Shown: positions 1 through 9,854, counted from the first letter of the stretch. The stretch is DNA of 64,000 nucleotides from a virus (IMGVR_UViG_3300009448_000012:10558-74557); one strand, 5' to 3'. The notes: generated by a model from the sequence alone, not told the origin. A program made the numbers and translations.

Positions 1-1
1 C

Positions 2-640
2 CCAATAGGCAGCACCTTCCCGGACTGGCGAGGCGAAACGGTCGCGGTCGTCGCGGCCGGGCAATCTGCCGAAAGCATCATGACCGCGATCACGCCGGGC
101 TCGTTCCGGGTGATCGCGGTCAATCGGTCTTACCAGCTAGTCCCATGGGCCGAATGCCTGTACGCGGCCGATGCCGGATTTTGGAAGCACTACAAGGCGA
201 CCGGCTTCAAGGGCTGGCGCTTCTGTGCTGACGAGACGATCAGATACATCGACGCGAGCGTTCACGCGGTCAAGATTGCCCGCGATCCCAAAGATCGCAG
301 GCTGACGGAAATGGTCGCCGGACCGATCGGGACGGTCGGGTTCGGTGGTAACAGCGGATATCAGGCCGTTAATCTCGCCGCGCAGTTTGGAGCGCGACGG
401 ATCTTGCTTGTCGGTTTCGATTATTGCGGGGCGCATTGGCACCCTGACCACCCGAAGACTTTGCGCAATCCCACGGGCGCGGAATTCAGGCGATGGGCGA
501 TGGACCTCGACCGGGCGGCGGGAACGCTGAAGTCATGGGGGATCGAGGTCCTGAATCTGTCGCCGGTCAGTAAATTAAGGGCTTTTCCATATGCCGACAG
601 CCGTCTGTTTGATTCGGGACAACGTCCATTATCGGCATGA
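2..640 (+). CDS. DUF115/Maf-like (MptE-like) putative glycosyltransferase, 5'-truncated
   Basis: Frame is open from the window start (FPDWRGETVAVVAAGQS); motifs IAVN, NSGYQAVNLA, GARRILLVGFD. Confidence 0.65.
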   Translation, partial: PIGSTFPDWRGETVAVVAAGQSAESIMTAITPGSFRVIAVNRSYQLVPWAECLYAADAGFWKHYKATGFKGWRFCADETIRYIDASVHAVKIARDPKDRRLTEMVAGPIGTVGFGGNSGYQAVNLAAQFGARRILLVGFDYCGAHWHPDHPKTLRNPTGAEFRRWAMDLDRAAGTLKSWGIEVLNLSPVSKLRAFPYADSRLFDSGQRPLSA

Positions 641-1379
641 TGCCTTTATTCGCGGCCTTGCCGCGCTCGGGTACACCGTGCGGACGAAGCCGCTCCAGCG
701 CATAGCCGCCGACGACGTCCTGGTGATCTGGAATCGGGGCGCGCAATTCCAGTTCGAGGCGACCCGCCACACCAAAGCCGGGTCGCCGATCATCGTCGCG
801 GAAAACGGGTACACCGACGCCGTCGACGACCATGGGCATCAGTGGTTTTCGCTCGCGCTCGACCATCATAACGGCGTCGGGCGCTGGTGGATCGAGGACC
901 AGCCGCGCTTCCCGTCCATGGGCCAAGCCGTGGCGCCGTGGCGGGCTGAAGGGTCCTTCATCCTGGTGTTGCCGCAACGCGGCATTGGGGCGCCCGGCGT
1001 GGCCATGCCGCAGTCTTGGCCGCGCCTGATCGCGCAACGGCTCGCCAAGGTCACGGCGCGGCCGGTGCGCATCCGCGCGCATCCTGGTCTCAAGTCCTTG
1101 GCTAAGCCGCTGGCGCCCGCGCTGGAGGGCTGTCACGCCGTCGTGACTTGGGGATCAGGCGCGGCGCTGAAAGCGATCATGCTCGGCGTTCCCGCCTTCC
1201 ACGAACTTCCCGGATGGATCGGCGCGCCGGCCGCGCGCTTCGGCATCGACCAGGGCGTCGAAAACCCCTTCCTCGGCGATCGCGGTCCGATGCTCGAACG
1301 AATGGCATGGTCACAATGGCCGATCGCCGACATCGCCGCCGGGACCGCCTTTCGCACCCTTCTGAAATGCAATCACTGA
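591..1379 (+). CDS. GT-B-like putative glycosyltransferase, paralog 1
   Basis: RxHP motif; VVTWGSGAALKAIMLGVPAF; ends in WSQW...GTAF like its two paralogs. Confidence 0.6.
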   Translation: MPTAVCLIRDNVHYRHDAFIRGLAALGYTVRTKPLQRIAADDVLVIWNRGAQFQFEATRHTKAGSPIIVAENGYTDAVDDHGHQWFSLALDHHNGVGRWWIEDQPRFPSMGQAVAPWRAEGSFILVLPQRGIGAPGVAMPQSWPRLIAQRLAKVTARPVRIRAHPGLKSLAKPLAPALEGCHAVVTWGSGAALKAIMLGVPAFHELPGWIGAPAARFGIDQGVENPFLGDRGPMLERMAWSQWPIADIAAGTAFRTLLKCNH

Positions 1380-1425
1380 TATTCGCCGCCGAACCCGTCC
1401 ACAACCTACAATTGGGGCCCGAACT

Positions 1426-2262
1426 GTGAAAGTTCATTTATTCGCCGTATCCCGCCACGGCCGCGCCGGACACATCGCCGAGGCGATGCAAACCGGGCTG
1501 AAGCGCCACGGCATCGCCGCCGAGATCATCACCGACCAGCGAACCGGGCGCGCCGTGCTCGGCGACGTCGCGATCGCGTATGGTTGGGTGCATGAACCCG
1601 TCTTCACCGCGTACCGGCACGCCGGCGCCCACTATGCTTATTTCGATATGGGCTATTTCAACCGGAAGCCGTCGAAGGACAAGGGCGGGTCCCGCGACGG
1701 TCATCACCGGCTCGCCGTGAACAGTTGGGACACCGCCGACACAATGCGGACCCTGTGTCCATCCGACCGATGGGACGCGCTCGGGATCGAGGTCGCGCCC
1801 AATCGCGAGCAGCACGCCGGCGCGGTCCTGGTGTGCGGCATGTCCGAGAAGGCGGCCGGGACGCATGGGTTCCGGCCGGGTCAATGGGAAGCCGAGACCG
1901 TCGCGACCTTGCGCGCGGCGTTCCCGACGACCGAGATCGTCGACCGACCTAAGCCCGCGAACCTGGACGCCGGCGAGCCGATCGCCGAGGTCCTGAAGCG
2001 GACGGCGATCGTCGTCAGCCACCATTCGAACGTCGCGGTCGACGCCCTGGTCGCCGGCGTGCCGACCTATGCGCGAAAGGGCGTCGGCAAGCTGGTGTCG
2101 TGCTCGAACCCGGTGGACGCGGTCCGCATGATGGGGCCGATCGTCGCCGAGCCGATGCGCCGCCAGATCCTCGCCGACGTCGCATACGCGCAATGGTCGC
2201 CGCCGGAGATGCGCACCGGAGCGGCGTGGTCTCACATTCGGAGCCTGATCGATGCACAATGA
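1426..2262 (+). CDS. GT-B-like putative glycosyltransferase, paralog 2
   Basis: RPKP; VVSHHSNVAVDALVAGVPT; YAQWSPPEMRTG. Confidence 0.6.
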   Translation: MKVHLFAVSRHGRAGHIAEAMQTGLKRHGIAAEIITDQRTGRAVLGDVAIAYGWVHEPVFTAYRHAGAHYAYFDMGYFNRKPSKDKGGSRDGHHRLAVNSWDTADTMRTLCPSDRWDALGIEVAPNREQHAGAVLVCGMSEKAAGTHGFRPGQWEAETVATLRAAFPTTEIVDRPKPANLDAGEPIAEVLKRTAIVVSHHSNVAVDALVAGVPTYARKGVGKLVSCSNPVDAVRMMGPIVAEPMRRQILADVAYAQWSPPEMRTGAAWSHIRSLIDAQ

Positions 2263-2578
2263 CAATCCAGCGCCGCCGGCGGCCGGAGCGCCCGCGCGCG
2301 GGTACGCGATGGCCTTCACGCCCACGCGGCTCCAGCGGTTCTTGCGCGCCCTTGGGTTCGATCGCGGCGCGGTCCCGGACTTGCCGGTCGACGTAACCGA
2401 CCGGTTACCGTGTTGGGCGACAACCGAGACGCATATCCGGTTCGACTTCCTCGACCGGGTTCGCCTGCTCGTGACCGGCCGGCTGTTCGTGAAGGCGCTC
2501 CACGCGATGGAGCACGATCCCGGCGAGGTGGTCACGCGGTCGGCGGTTTCCGTGAGGTGGACCGATGCTCGTCCATAA
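2252..2578 (+). CDS. hypothetical protein
   Basis: Overlap-coupled ORF in the operon. Confidence 0.6.
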   Translation: MHNDNPAPPAAGAPARGYAMAFTPTRLQRFLRALGFDRGAVPDLPVDVTDRLPCWATTETHIRFDFLDRVRLLVTGRLFVKALHAMEHDPGEVVTRSAVSVRWTDARP

Positions 2579-2801
2579 TCGGTCGCGCTCGCCGGCGCGG
2601 GTCCAGCTCGACCGCGACTTCATCGACGGCAAGTTCGACGACGACTTGTCGCGCTACACCAGCCTGTCGCGCGACCTGGACGCGCTCGAAGGCGCGAAGG
2701 ACTTCATCGACGCCCGTCGTGACCGCCGGCGCGGTTATTGGGCGATCGGCGGGCTTGCCGTCTGCATTCTAATCGCTCTCAAGATTTTGGTGACGCTATG
2801 A
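2565..2801 (+). CDS. small protein with C-terminal transmembrane helix
   Basis: YWAIGGLAVCILIALKILVTL; ATGA overlap with the next gene. Confidence 0.6.
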   Translation: MLVHNRSRSPARVQLDRDFIDGKFDDDLSRYTSLSRDLDALEGAKDFIDARRDRRRGYWAIGGLAVCILIALKILVTL

Positions 2802-3664
2802 AATTCGCCTTCTATGTCTCGACCGGCAAAAGCCGGGAAGCGCCGCTTCGCGACGCCTGGACCGCCGGCGCGGCCGCGCTCGGCGACGAACTGGTGGTGA
2901 CGTCGAACGATGTCGCGGCGCCGATCGACGCCGACGTCGCGGTGATGGTCGGACTCAAGTCCATCGACCTGCGCGAAGCGTGCAAGGCGGCGGGTCAGCG
3001 CGTGCTGATCTTCGACAAGGGGTATGACCGGAAAGAGGATTGGTGGCGCGTCTCGATCGATGCGCACCAGCCGACCGACTATCTGACCAAGCTGGTCCGC
3101 CCGCGCGCGCGCATGGACAAATGCGGGTGGAACCCGAAACCGTGGCGCGCGCCGACGCCTGACGGGCATGTGATCATCGCCGGCGGCGGCCGCAAATACT
3201 ATGACGCCCACGATCTTCCGGACCCGGCGGACTACATCGCCGGCGTCGTGGCGGACCTGCGCGCGGCCGGCTGCTCGCGCCGGATCTGGTATCGCCCCAA
3301 GCCGTCGATGGCGGACGTTGCGCCGGTTGCCGACACGACGCTGTCGCGGCACAAGTCGATTTATGATCTGCTGAAGGGGGCTCACGTCCTGGTCACGTTC
3401 GGCTCGAACGCGTGCTTCGAAGCGGTGCTGGCCGGAATACCGTCGATCGTCACCGGCGACGCGGTGATGCGCCCGATCTCGTCCACACGGCTTGACGAGA
3501 TCGAGGCGCCTCACTTAGCAGACGACGGGGGGCGTCTTTCGCTGCTGTCGAGCTTAGCATACTGCCAATTCCGGTTAAGCGAAATCTCGCAAGGTTGGGG
3601 CGTTCATGAAATTAAAGCGCAATTACAAGAAATTGTACGAAACGCACCACACGAACAACCCTAA
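2798..3664 (+). CDS. GT-B-like putative glycosyltransferase, paralog 3
   Basis: YRPKP; LVTFGSNACFEAVLAGIPSI; YCQFRLSEISQG; ATG at 2798. Confidence 0.6.
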   Translation: MKFAFYVSTGKSREAPLRDAWTAGAAALGDELVVTSNDVAAPIDADVAVMVGLKSIDLREACKAAGQRVLIFDKGYDRKEDWWRVSIDAHQPTDYLTKLVRPRARMDKCGWNPKPWRAPTPDGHVIIAGGGRKYYDAHDLPDPADYIAGVVADLRAAGCSRRIWYRPKPSMADVAPVADTTLSRHKSIYDLLKGAHVLVTFGSNACFEAVLAGIPSIVTGDAVMRPISSTRLDEIEAPHLADDGGRLSLLSSLAYCQFRLSEISQGWGVHEIKAQLQEIVRNAPHEQP

Positions 3665-4133
3665 ACACTTCTCCGGAAACATTGGCGAGCTTCAGGTTCT
3701 CGAAATAAAGAGCCTTGTCGATTGGGCTCAACCTGACCGTTTGTTAGATTACGGGTCGGGAAAGGGTTTCCAATACCTGAAGCAACGTCGGCATGAACAA
3801 TGGGGCGGCCTGCTGCCCCATTGCTACGACCCCGGCGTGATCCAGATCAGCACCAAGCCGCCGGGCGTTTTCGGCGGCGTCATTTGCACGGACGTTCTAG
3901 AGCACATCGACGCCGACGACCTCGACATGATCCTTGCTGACATCATGTCGTCGATTGCCAAGACCGGGCGCGCCTTCGCCTATTTCCACATCAGCACGCG
4001 CCCGGCCGGGAAGACGTTCGAGGACGGCGAGAACGTCCATCTGACCGTCGAGCCGCCGGCATGGTGGGAACAGAAGCTTCAGCGGTTCGTCACGCGGTCA
4101 GATTTCAGGATAAGAGCGACCTATGGGGATTAG
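3606..4133 (+). CDS. class I SAM-dependent methyltransferase
   Basis: LLDYGSGKG motif I; YDP; ICTDVLEHI. Confidence 0.85.
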   Translation: MKLKRNYKKLYETHHTNNPKHFSGNIGELQVLEIKSLVDWAQPDRLLDYGSGKGFQYLKQRRHEQWGGLLPHCYDPGVIQISTKPPGVFGGVICTDVLEHIDADDLDMILADIMSSIAKTGRAFAYFHISTRPAGKTFEDGENVHLTVEPPAWWEQKLQRFVTRSDFRIRATYGD

Positions 4134-4935
4134 ACTGGTCATGACCTGTCACGCCGAGGGCTGGCGCGACTATGGTCGGAAGATGGTTCAGACCTTCGTC
4201 GAGCACTGGCCGGCGGCCGCGACGCTCAACGTTTACGCGGAAGGCTTTTCGGTTGACGTCCAGGCGCCGAACGTTTTCGAACGCCGGCTTCCCGCTTGGC
4301 ATGACGCCTGGAAAGCGCGACACGCCGAGAACCCGGACGCACACGGGACCGACCCGCGCCGGTTCGGCGCGACCGATAAGCGCAAGGGCAAGGGATACAG
4401 CTACAGGCGCGATTGCGTGCGGTTCTCGCACAAGGTCGCGGCGCTGACCGACACCGCGCTGGAGTGCCGCGCGGCCGCGCCCGGCCTGCTGATCATGGTC
4501 GACGCCGACGTCATCACGCACGCCGGCGTGACGCTCGAATGGTTGAACCAGATCTTCCCGGACCCGGCGAGCTATCTGGCATGGCTCGACCGCGCGTCGT
4601 GGTATCCGGAATGCGGGTTCGTGATCTTCCGCGAAACGCATCCGGGTCACGACTGGTTCATGCGCGCGTTCCGATCCACCTATGAGACCGACGCCGTCTT
4701 CACCCTGTCCGAGACGCACGACAGCTTTGTTCTTCAGCAACTCGTCACCGACGCGGTCCGGTGCGGCAAGATCCCGGCGCCGTTCGGCCTGTCGAGCAAG
4801 GTCGGCAAGCGGTCGTCTCACCCCTTCGTCTATTCCCGCCTTGCCGAACGCCTTGACCACGCCAAGGGCAAGTTCAAGGTGGAGGGGCGGACGCCGAAAG
4901 GATACGTCCGCCGCACCGAGGCGCATTGGCTTTAG
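4123..4935 (+). CDS. GT-A putative glycosyltransferase
   Basis: DCVRFSHKV; VDADV (DxD); ECGF; HDSFV; DHAKG. Confidence 0.7.
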   Translation: MGIRLVMTCHAEGWRDYGRKMVQTFVEHWPAAATLNVYAEGFSVDVQAPNVFERRLPAWHDAWKARHAENPDAHGTDPRRFGATDKRKGKGYSYRRDCVRFSHKVAALTDTALECRAAAPGLLIMVDADVITHAGVTLEWLNQIFPDPASYLAWLDRASWYPECGFVIFRETHPGHDWFMRAFRSTYETDAVFTLSETHDSFVLQQLVTDAVRCGKIPAPFGLSSKVGKRSSHPFVYSRLAERLDHAKGKFKVEGRTPKGYVRRTEAHWL

Positions 4936-5465
4936 ATCTTGACGAAGACGTGTTTCCGCCGGTTTCCGGACTTGCCTAATCGGTCGACCAGTCGGAAACC
5001 GGCGTCGACGAAGTCCTTCGCCTGGATCTCGTTAAACGGTTCGTCGTCGGGTCGGAAATCGGTGATGATTAATCCGCCCGATCTCAGCGATCGTTGCGCA
5101 AGGGGGATGTATTCCGACACCGGGTAATGCGTCCCCCAAGACTTGAACGACGTGATCAGGTCGACCGGTATGGTCAGGTCAGGGTTCTGAACGAACGCTT
5201 CGACAGGACAGTCGAGATGGATGTCAGCAAATGCTTTCGCGTCGGCGACGTTGTTCCATGCCAAGGCGCCTTCGCGATAGTCGTGAAAGATTTCACCGGA
5301 GCCGTCGCCGTCCATGAGAGCAAGATATTTGACCCGGCAATATCGCGCGATGACAACGCTATGCACGCCGGATGCGCAACCGATGTCGAGCATCGAACCC
5401 GGTTTGTATTCGTCCAGGATCGGGCGGATGTGCTCCAGTAGCTTTTCGGAAAGTCTGGTGTTCAT
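4932..5465 (-). CDS. class I SAM-dependent methyltransferase, opposite orientation
   Basis: Start MNTRLSE at 5465 with GAGG RBS; MLDIGCASG motif I; fills the gap between + strand genes. Confidence 0.75.
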   Translation of the reverse strand: MNTRLSEKLLEHIRPILDEYKPGSMLDIGCASGVHSVVIARYCRVKYLALMDGDGSGEIFHDYREGALAWNNVADAKAFADIHLDCPVEAFVQNPDLTIPVDLITSFKSWGTHYPVSEYIPLAQRSLRSGGLIITDFRPDDEPFNEIQAKDFVDAGFRLVDRLGKSGNRRKHVFVKI

Positions 5466-5501
5466 GTGTCCTCGGTTTATGTGAAAGGGCAGGGTCGCAA
5501 A

Positions 5502-6113
5502 ATGAAATACCCCAAGACGGACGGCAAGGCGAAGCGGATCATCCGGAGCGGTGTCCCTTACCAGGGCGACCGGCTGGCGGCCGCCCTGCCCTTCCTGCGC
5601 GGGCGAAGGCGCGCGCTGGACATCGGGGCGCATATCGGCCTTTGGGCCGTCCAGCTCGCGCCGGTGTTCGCTAAGGTGGCATGCTTCGAGCCGCACCGCG
5701 CGAGCGCGGCCGCGCTGTGCGAGAACGTCGCGGACCTGGAGAACGTCGAGACTTGGGAAGCGGCGGTGGGCGACGTCCTCGGCGTGCGCGGGCTGGTGCA
5801 AGACGGGCTCGCCGCGCATCTCGACGACGACGGTCCGATGAAAGTCTCGGTCGTGCGGCTCGACGACATTTGCGAGCGGTACGGTTGGGACGACGTCGAC
5901 TTCATCAAGATGGACGTCGAAGGGTTCGAATATTTCGTGCTGCTCGGCGGCGAAAAGATGATCCGCGCGCAACGGCCGGTGATCGTGCTGGAGCAAAAGC
6001 ACGACGGCCGGTATGGTGTGGACAAGCTCGCCGCGATATCGCTGCTTCAGCGATGGGGCGCAACCCTGGAATGGCGAATGAAACACGACTATTGCTTGAG
6101 GTGGAAGCGATGA
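5502..6113 (+). CDS. FkbM-family methyltransferase
   Basis: ALDIGAHIGLW, FEP, IKMDVEGFE, PVIVLE. Confidence 0.9.
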   Translation: MKYPKTDGKAKRIIRSGVPYQGDRLAAALPFLRGRRRALDIGAHIGLWAVQLAPVFAKVACFEPHRASAAALCENVADLENVETWEAAVGDVLGVRGLVQDGLAAHLDDDGPMKVSVVRLDDICERYGWDDVDFIKMDVEGFEYFVLLGGEKMIRAQRPVIVLEQKHDGRYGVDKLAAISLLQRWGATLEWRMKHDYCLRWKR

Positions 6114-6368
6114 AGCATGCGCGCGCGGATTATGACCGCATCCAAGATCCCGCCGGTCTGATCCCTGATGACGAACCGGTTTTCCTGATCCGTGGTCAGG
6201 ACCTCGCCGCGCCCGACACCCTTCGCGCCTACGCGATGAACGCTCACGTCGCCGGCGCGGCGAACGACATCGTGATGGCGACGCTCGATCAGGCGCGCGC
6301 CATGGAACAGTGGCAACGCGAGCGCGCGCAAGACGCCGGACCTCGCCGTCGAAAGCGGGACCCTGTGA
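6110..6368 (+). CDS. small phage protein, in frame with the downstream methyltransferase as assembled
   Basis: ATGA-coupled start MKHARADY; DEPVFLIRGQD; see finding on a possible frameshift. Confidence 0.55.
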
Positions 6369-6370
6369 CC

Positions 6371-7063
6371 ATGACCGGACAAACCATCATTGCCGGAATC
6401 TCGGTCCCGCTCGGCGACACGCACTTCGGCGACCATCTCGCGCAAAGCCCGCTGTTCGCCGGCAAGGGGACTTACCAGTTCGCCAAGATCGAGAAGGCGC
6501 TGGCGGTCTCACCACACCGGCGCGGTGTCGCGCTCGATGTCGGCGGGCACATCGGCCTATGGTCGCGCGTGCTCGCACATCACTTCAAGACGGTGATCGC
6601 GCTGGAGCCGCTTCCCGCGCTGATCCCGCATTTCCGGTTCAACACCGACGACTGTCCGAACGTCCGCCTCTATGAGGTCGCGGCCGGCGCCGAGAACGAC
6701 GACATCATGATCGTCACGGTCGCCAGTAATTCCGGGAACGGGCACGTCGCGCCGCCGGGCGCGGTCGCCGATGTCAATGTTCACCGCACGCAATCGGTCC
6801 GCCTGGATTCGCTCAACCTTCATAACGTCGACCTGATCAAGATCGACGTCGAAGGTTGGGAATTGCGGGTCGTCGAAGGCGCGGTGAAGACCATCATGCG
6901 GGACAAACCCGTCATGGTGGTCGAGCAGAAACCGAACAACGCCGAGCGGTACGGCGTGAAGCAGCGCGCGGCCGTCGACCTGCTCGCGTCGTGGGGATAT
7001 GTCGTCGCGTGGGAAAAGGCGGGCGACGTGTGCATGACGCATCCGGGCGCGGTGGCGGCGTAA
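6371..7063 (+). CDS. FkbM-family methyltransferase
   Basis: ALDVGGHIGLW, LEP, IKIDVEGWE, PVMVVEQK. Confidence 0.9.
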   Translation: MTGQTIIAGISVPLGDTHFGDHLAQSPLFAGKGTYQFAKIEKALAVSPHRRGVALDVGGHIGLWSRVLAHHFKTVIALEPLPALIPHFRFNTDDCPNVRLYEVAAGAENDDIMIVTVASNSGNGHVAPPGAVADVNVHRTQSVRLDSLNLHNVDLIKIDVEGWELRVVEGAVKTIMRDKPVMVVEQKPNNAERYGVKQRAAVDLLASWGYVVAWEKAGDVCMTHPGAVAA

Positions 7064-7803
7064 TGCGCGAGTCGATCTTCATCGGGTTCGATCGCCGGCA
7101 TGCCGTCGCCTTGGCGGTGTGCCGGCACAGCATCGAACGGCGCCTGTCGCGCAAGATTCCGATCAGGGGGATCGCGCTCGACGAAGTCCGCGCCATGGGC
7201 CTTTACAGGCGACCGACCGAGACGCGCCCGACCGAAGACGGCGAGCATGTCCAGCTATGGGACACGATCAGCGAATTCGGCATGTCGACGGAATTCGCGA
7301 TCAGCCGGTTCCTGACCCCGCATCTCGCCGGCGGCGGGCTCGCGCTGTTCATGGATTGCGACATGGCGGCCAGAGTGGACCTTGCGCGGCTGTTCGACCT
7401 GTACGACCCGCGATATGCAGTCATGTGCGTGAAGCACCGCCACGAGCCGCCGGAAGGCGTCAAGATGGACGGGCAAGCGCAAGTCCGGTACACGCGGAAA
7501 AACTGGTCGTCGGTCATGCTGTTCAACTGCGATCATCCCGCGAACGCCGGGCTGACCGTGGGGCTGATCAACAGCGTCGCCGGCCGCGACCTTCACCGGT
7601 TTTGCTGGTTGCCTGACGACCTGATCGGCGAACTGCATCCGCGTTGGAACCATCTGGTCGGGCATACCGTGTTGCACGAACCGCCTTCCGACACGAACCC
7701 GGCGGTGATCCATTGGACGGACGGTTATCCGCTGCTGAAGGGGTACGAAAGCGCCGATTTCGCCGATGTCTTTCACGCCGAACTGACGAGTTGGGCGAAA
7801 TAG
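7063..7803 (+). CDS. GT-A (GT8-like) glycosyltransferase
   Basis: IFIGFD, STEFAISRFL, FMDCD (DxD), RKNWSSVMLFNC, WNHLVG, HWTDG. Confidence 0.8.
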   Translation: MRESIFIGFDRRHAVALAVCRHSIERRLSRKIPIRGIALDEVRAMGLYRRPTETRPTEDGEHVQLWDTISEFGMSTEFAISRFLTPHLAGGGLALFMDCDMAARVDLARLFDLYDPRYAVMCVKHRHEPPEGVKMDGQAQVRYTRKNWSSVMLFNCDHPANAGLTVGLINSVAGRDLHRFCWLPDDLIGELHPRWNHLVGHTVLHEPPSDTNPAVIHWTDGYPLLKGYESADFADVFHAELTSWAK

Positions 7804-7937
7804 TAAAAACGCATTCGCTTTCGGGAACGGGCGAAATCGACTAAGATGGTGCCGCGATCGGCGGCGCTCGATATACAGCGCCCGACGCCCTGTGTTATAC
7901 ATTTCGCAGAAAGCGATTTTCTGCGAGGTGCTGTGCT

Positions 7938-8618
7938 GTGCTCGAAGTGATTGATCCGCCGGCTGATCGGATTGTCAGCCTCGCCGAGATGAAGCAGCAT
8001 TTGCGCGTCGATCACACCGACGACGATCAGGTGATCGACGCCTATATGCTCGCCGCCGAGGGTCGGATTGACGGGCCTTGGGGGATCACCGGCCGGGCGT
8101 TCCGGCCGCAAACCTACCGCTATTCGATCCCGAACTTTCTCAGCTCGATTCCGCTTCCGTTCCCGCCGCTGATCGAGGTCGTCAGCCTCGACTATCTCGA
8201 CGACCAGGGCAATCCGCAAAACTTTGCCGAGGCGGGTCAGTGGCGCGCGATCGGCGTCGGCAATGAGCAGGGCGGCGCGATCGTCCCGCTGTCCGGCGTG
8301 ACATGGCCTTCCGTGCTGGCCACCAGCGACCCCGATAAGGTCCGTGTGACCTTCACGGCCGGATACTATCGCGCGGGCTCACCGGAGAACGACGCGGTCC
8401 CGCCGACGATCAAGGCGGCGGTCAAGCTGATGGTCGGTGACTGGTATGAGCACCGCACGTCGTCGGTAATCGGCACGGTCGCGGGACCGACGCCGCACGG
8501 CGTCGAAATGCTGATCGCGCCCTTCAAGATTTACGGCGCATACTTCGCCTATGATCCGGCGGCCGCCGGCGCGGTCTATTCCGAGGCATGGGAAGGCTTC
8601 GGTTGTTCAGCCTGCTAG
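7938..8618 (+). CDS. head-tail connector protein (gp6/phiE125 gp8-like)
   Basis: VSLAEMKQHLRVD...DD; IKAAVKLMVGDWYEHR. Confidence 0.9.
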   Translation: MLEVIDPPADRIVSLAEMKQHLRVDHTDDDQVIDAYMLAAEGRIDGPWGITGRAFRPQTYRYSIPNFLSSIPLPFPPLIEVVSLDYLDDQGNPQNFAEAGQWRAIGVGNEQGGAIVPLSGVTWPSVLATSDPDKVRVTFTAGYYRAGSPENDAVPPTIKAAVKLMVGDWYEHRTSSVIGTVAGPTPHGVEMLIAPFKIYGAYFAYDPAAAGAVYSEAWEGFGCSAC

Positions 8619-8627
8619 GGGGACGTC

Positions 8628-8984
8628 ATGCCAGCACAGCTTCAAGCCGGCGATCTCGATCGGCGGATCACCATCGAGCGAAACACGCAAGTCGTCGCCG
8701 GCGACTTCAATGAGGTCCAGGACGCGTGGGCGGCGATCGCGACCGTTTGGGCGAAGCGGCACGACGCCAGCGCCGGCGAGGCGGTCCGCGCACAGGAAGT
8801 CGGCGGACAGATCACGACCCGGTTCACGATCCGATATTCGATCCTCGCCGCGACGATCGACGTGAAGGACCGCATTCAGTTCGGTGACAGGTCGTTCAAC
8901 ATCACGGCCGTTCGCGAACCGACCGGGACCCGAAACCAGTGGATCGAAATCGACGCGGTCGCGCGCTCGGACAAGGTGTCCTGA
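8628..8984 (+). CDS. head-tail adaptor / head closure protein
   Basis: AGDLDRRITIER, ATVWA, RFTIRY; synteny. Confidence 0.9.
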   Translation: MPAQLQAGDLDRRITIERNTQVVAGDFNEVQDAWAAIATVWAKRHDASAGEAVRAQEVGGQITTRFTIRYSILAATIDVKDRIQFGDRSFNITAVREPTGTRNQWIEIDAVARSDKVS

Positions 8985-9445
8985 TGGCACTCCAGAATTT
9001 TTTCAATCCGATCGAGGTCGAGGGGCTGGCCGAACTTCAGGTCGCCTTGCGCGAGCTTCCCGACGCGACCGCGCGGAACGTGCTTCGCCGGGTCGCGAAA
9101 TCGGTGCTCCAGCCGATCGCGCAGCGGGCGCAATCGCTCGCGCCGGTCGAGGTCGGTCGGTTGCGCCGGTCGATCGTCGTCAGCGACAAGCTGACTCGTC
9201 GGCAGAAATCGCAGTTTCAGCGCGACGACCCGAACGACGTCATCATGTTCGTCGGCGCCGGCGCGCTCGCACAGGCGCACATGATGGAATTCGGCACGAC
9301 GGACATCAGCCCGCGCCCGTTCTTGCGGCCGGCGTGGGACGGCGGAAAAGACAAGGTGCTACAGTCGATTAAAGACCAACTGTGGATCGAGATTCAGAAG
9401 GCGGCGGCACGGCTGGCGCGCAAAGCGGCGAAGGGTACGGGATAA
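8984..9445 (+). CDS. HK97 gp10-like protein
   Basis: APVEVGRLRRSI; EFGT...PRPFLRPAWD. Confidence 0.9.
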   Translation: MALQNFFNPIEVEGLAELQVALRELPDATARNVLRRVAKSVLQPIAQRAQSLAPVEVGRLRRSIVVSDKLTRRQKSQFQRDDPNDVIMFVGAGALAQAHMMEFGTTDISPRPFLRPAWDGGKDKVLQSIKDQLWIEIQKAAARLARKAAKGTG

Positions 9446-9449
9446 TCAC

Positions 9450-9854
9450 ATGGCGATCATGGAAGGCGAGTTGATCGATTTGCTGCTGACCCACGCGCCG
9501 ATCGCCGCCATCGTGGGTACGCGGGTATACCCGGCGCGGCGCGCGCAGGGCTCGGCGTTCCCTGCCATCGTCGTGACCAGGGTCAGCGGTCAGCCGCTCT
9601 ATGCGGACGACGGCGAGGTCGGTTTGCAGGATGCGCGCGTTCAGATCGACAGCGTCGCCATGACCTATACCGAGGCGAAGAATCTCGCGCAGGCGGTGCG
9701 CGCGCGGCTGACGGCTTTTAGTGGTGTACACGGCGACGTAAACTTCAGCTATATCATGTTGGATGAAGAACGTGACTTGCCGGAAAGTGGAGCGAACGCG
9801 GCGGAATATACGACGCGCGTCGCGATGGATTTCATCGTCTGGACCAGGGGTTAA
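9450..9854 (+). CDS. tail completion protein (DUF3168-like)
   Basis: VGTRVYP, RVQID, A..LA.AVR..L; synteny. Confidence 0.85.
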   Translation: MAIMEGELIDLLLTHAPIAAIVGTRVYPARRAQGSAFPAIVVTRVSGQPLYADDGEVGLQDARVQIDSVAMTYTEAKNLAQAVRARLTAFSGVHGDVNFSYIMLDEERDLPESGANAAEYTTRVAMDFIVWTRG

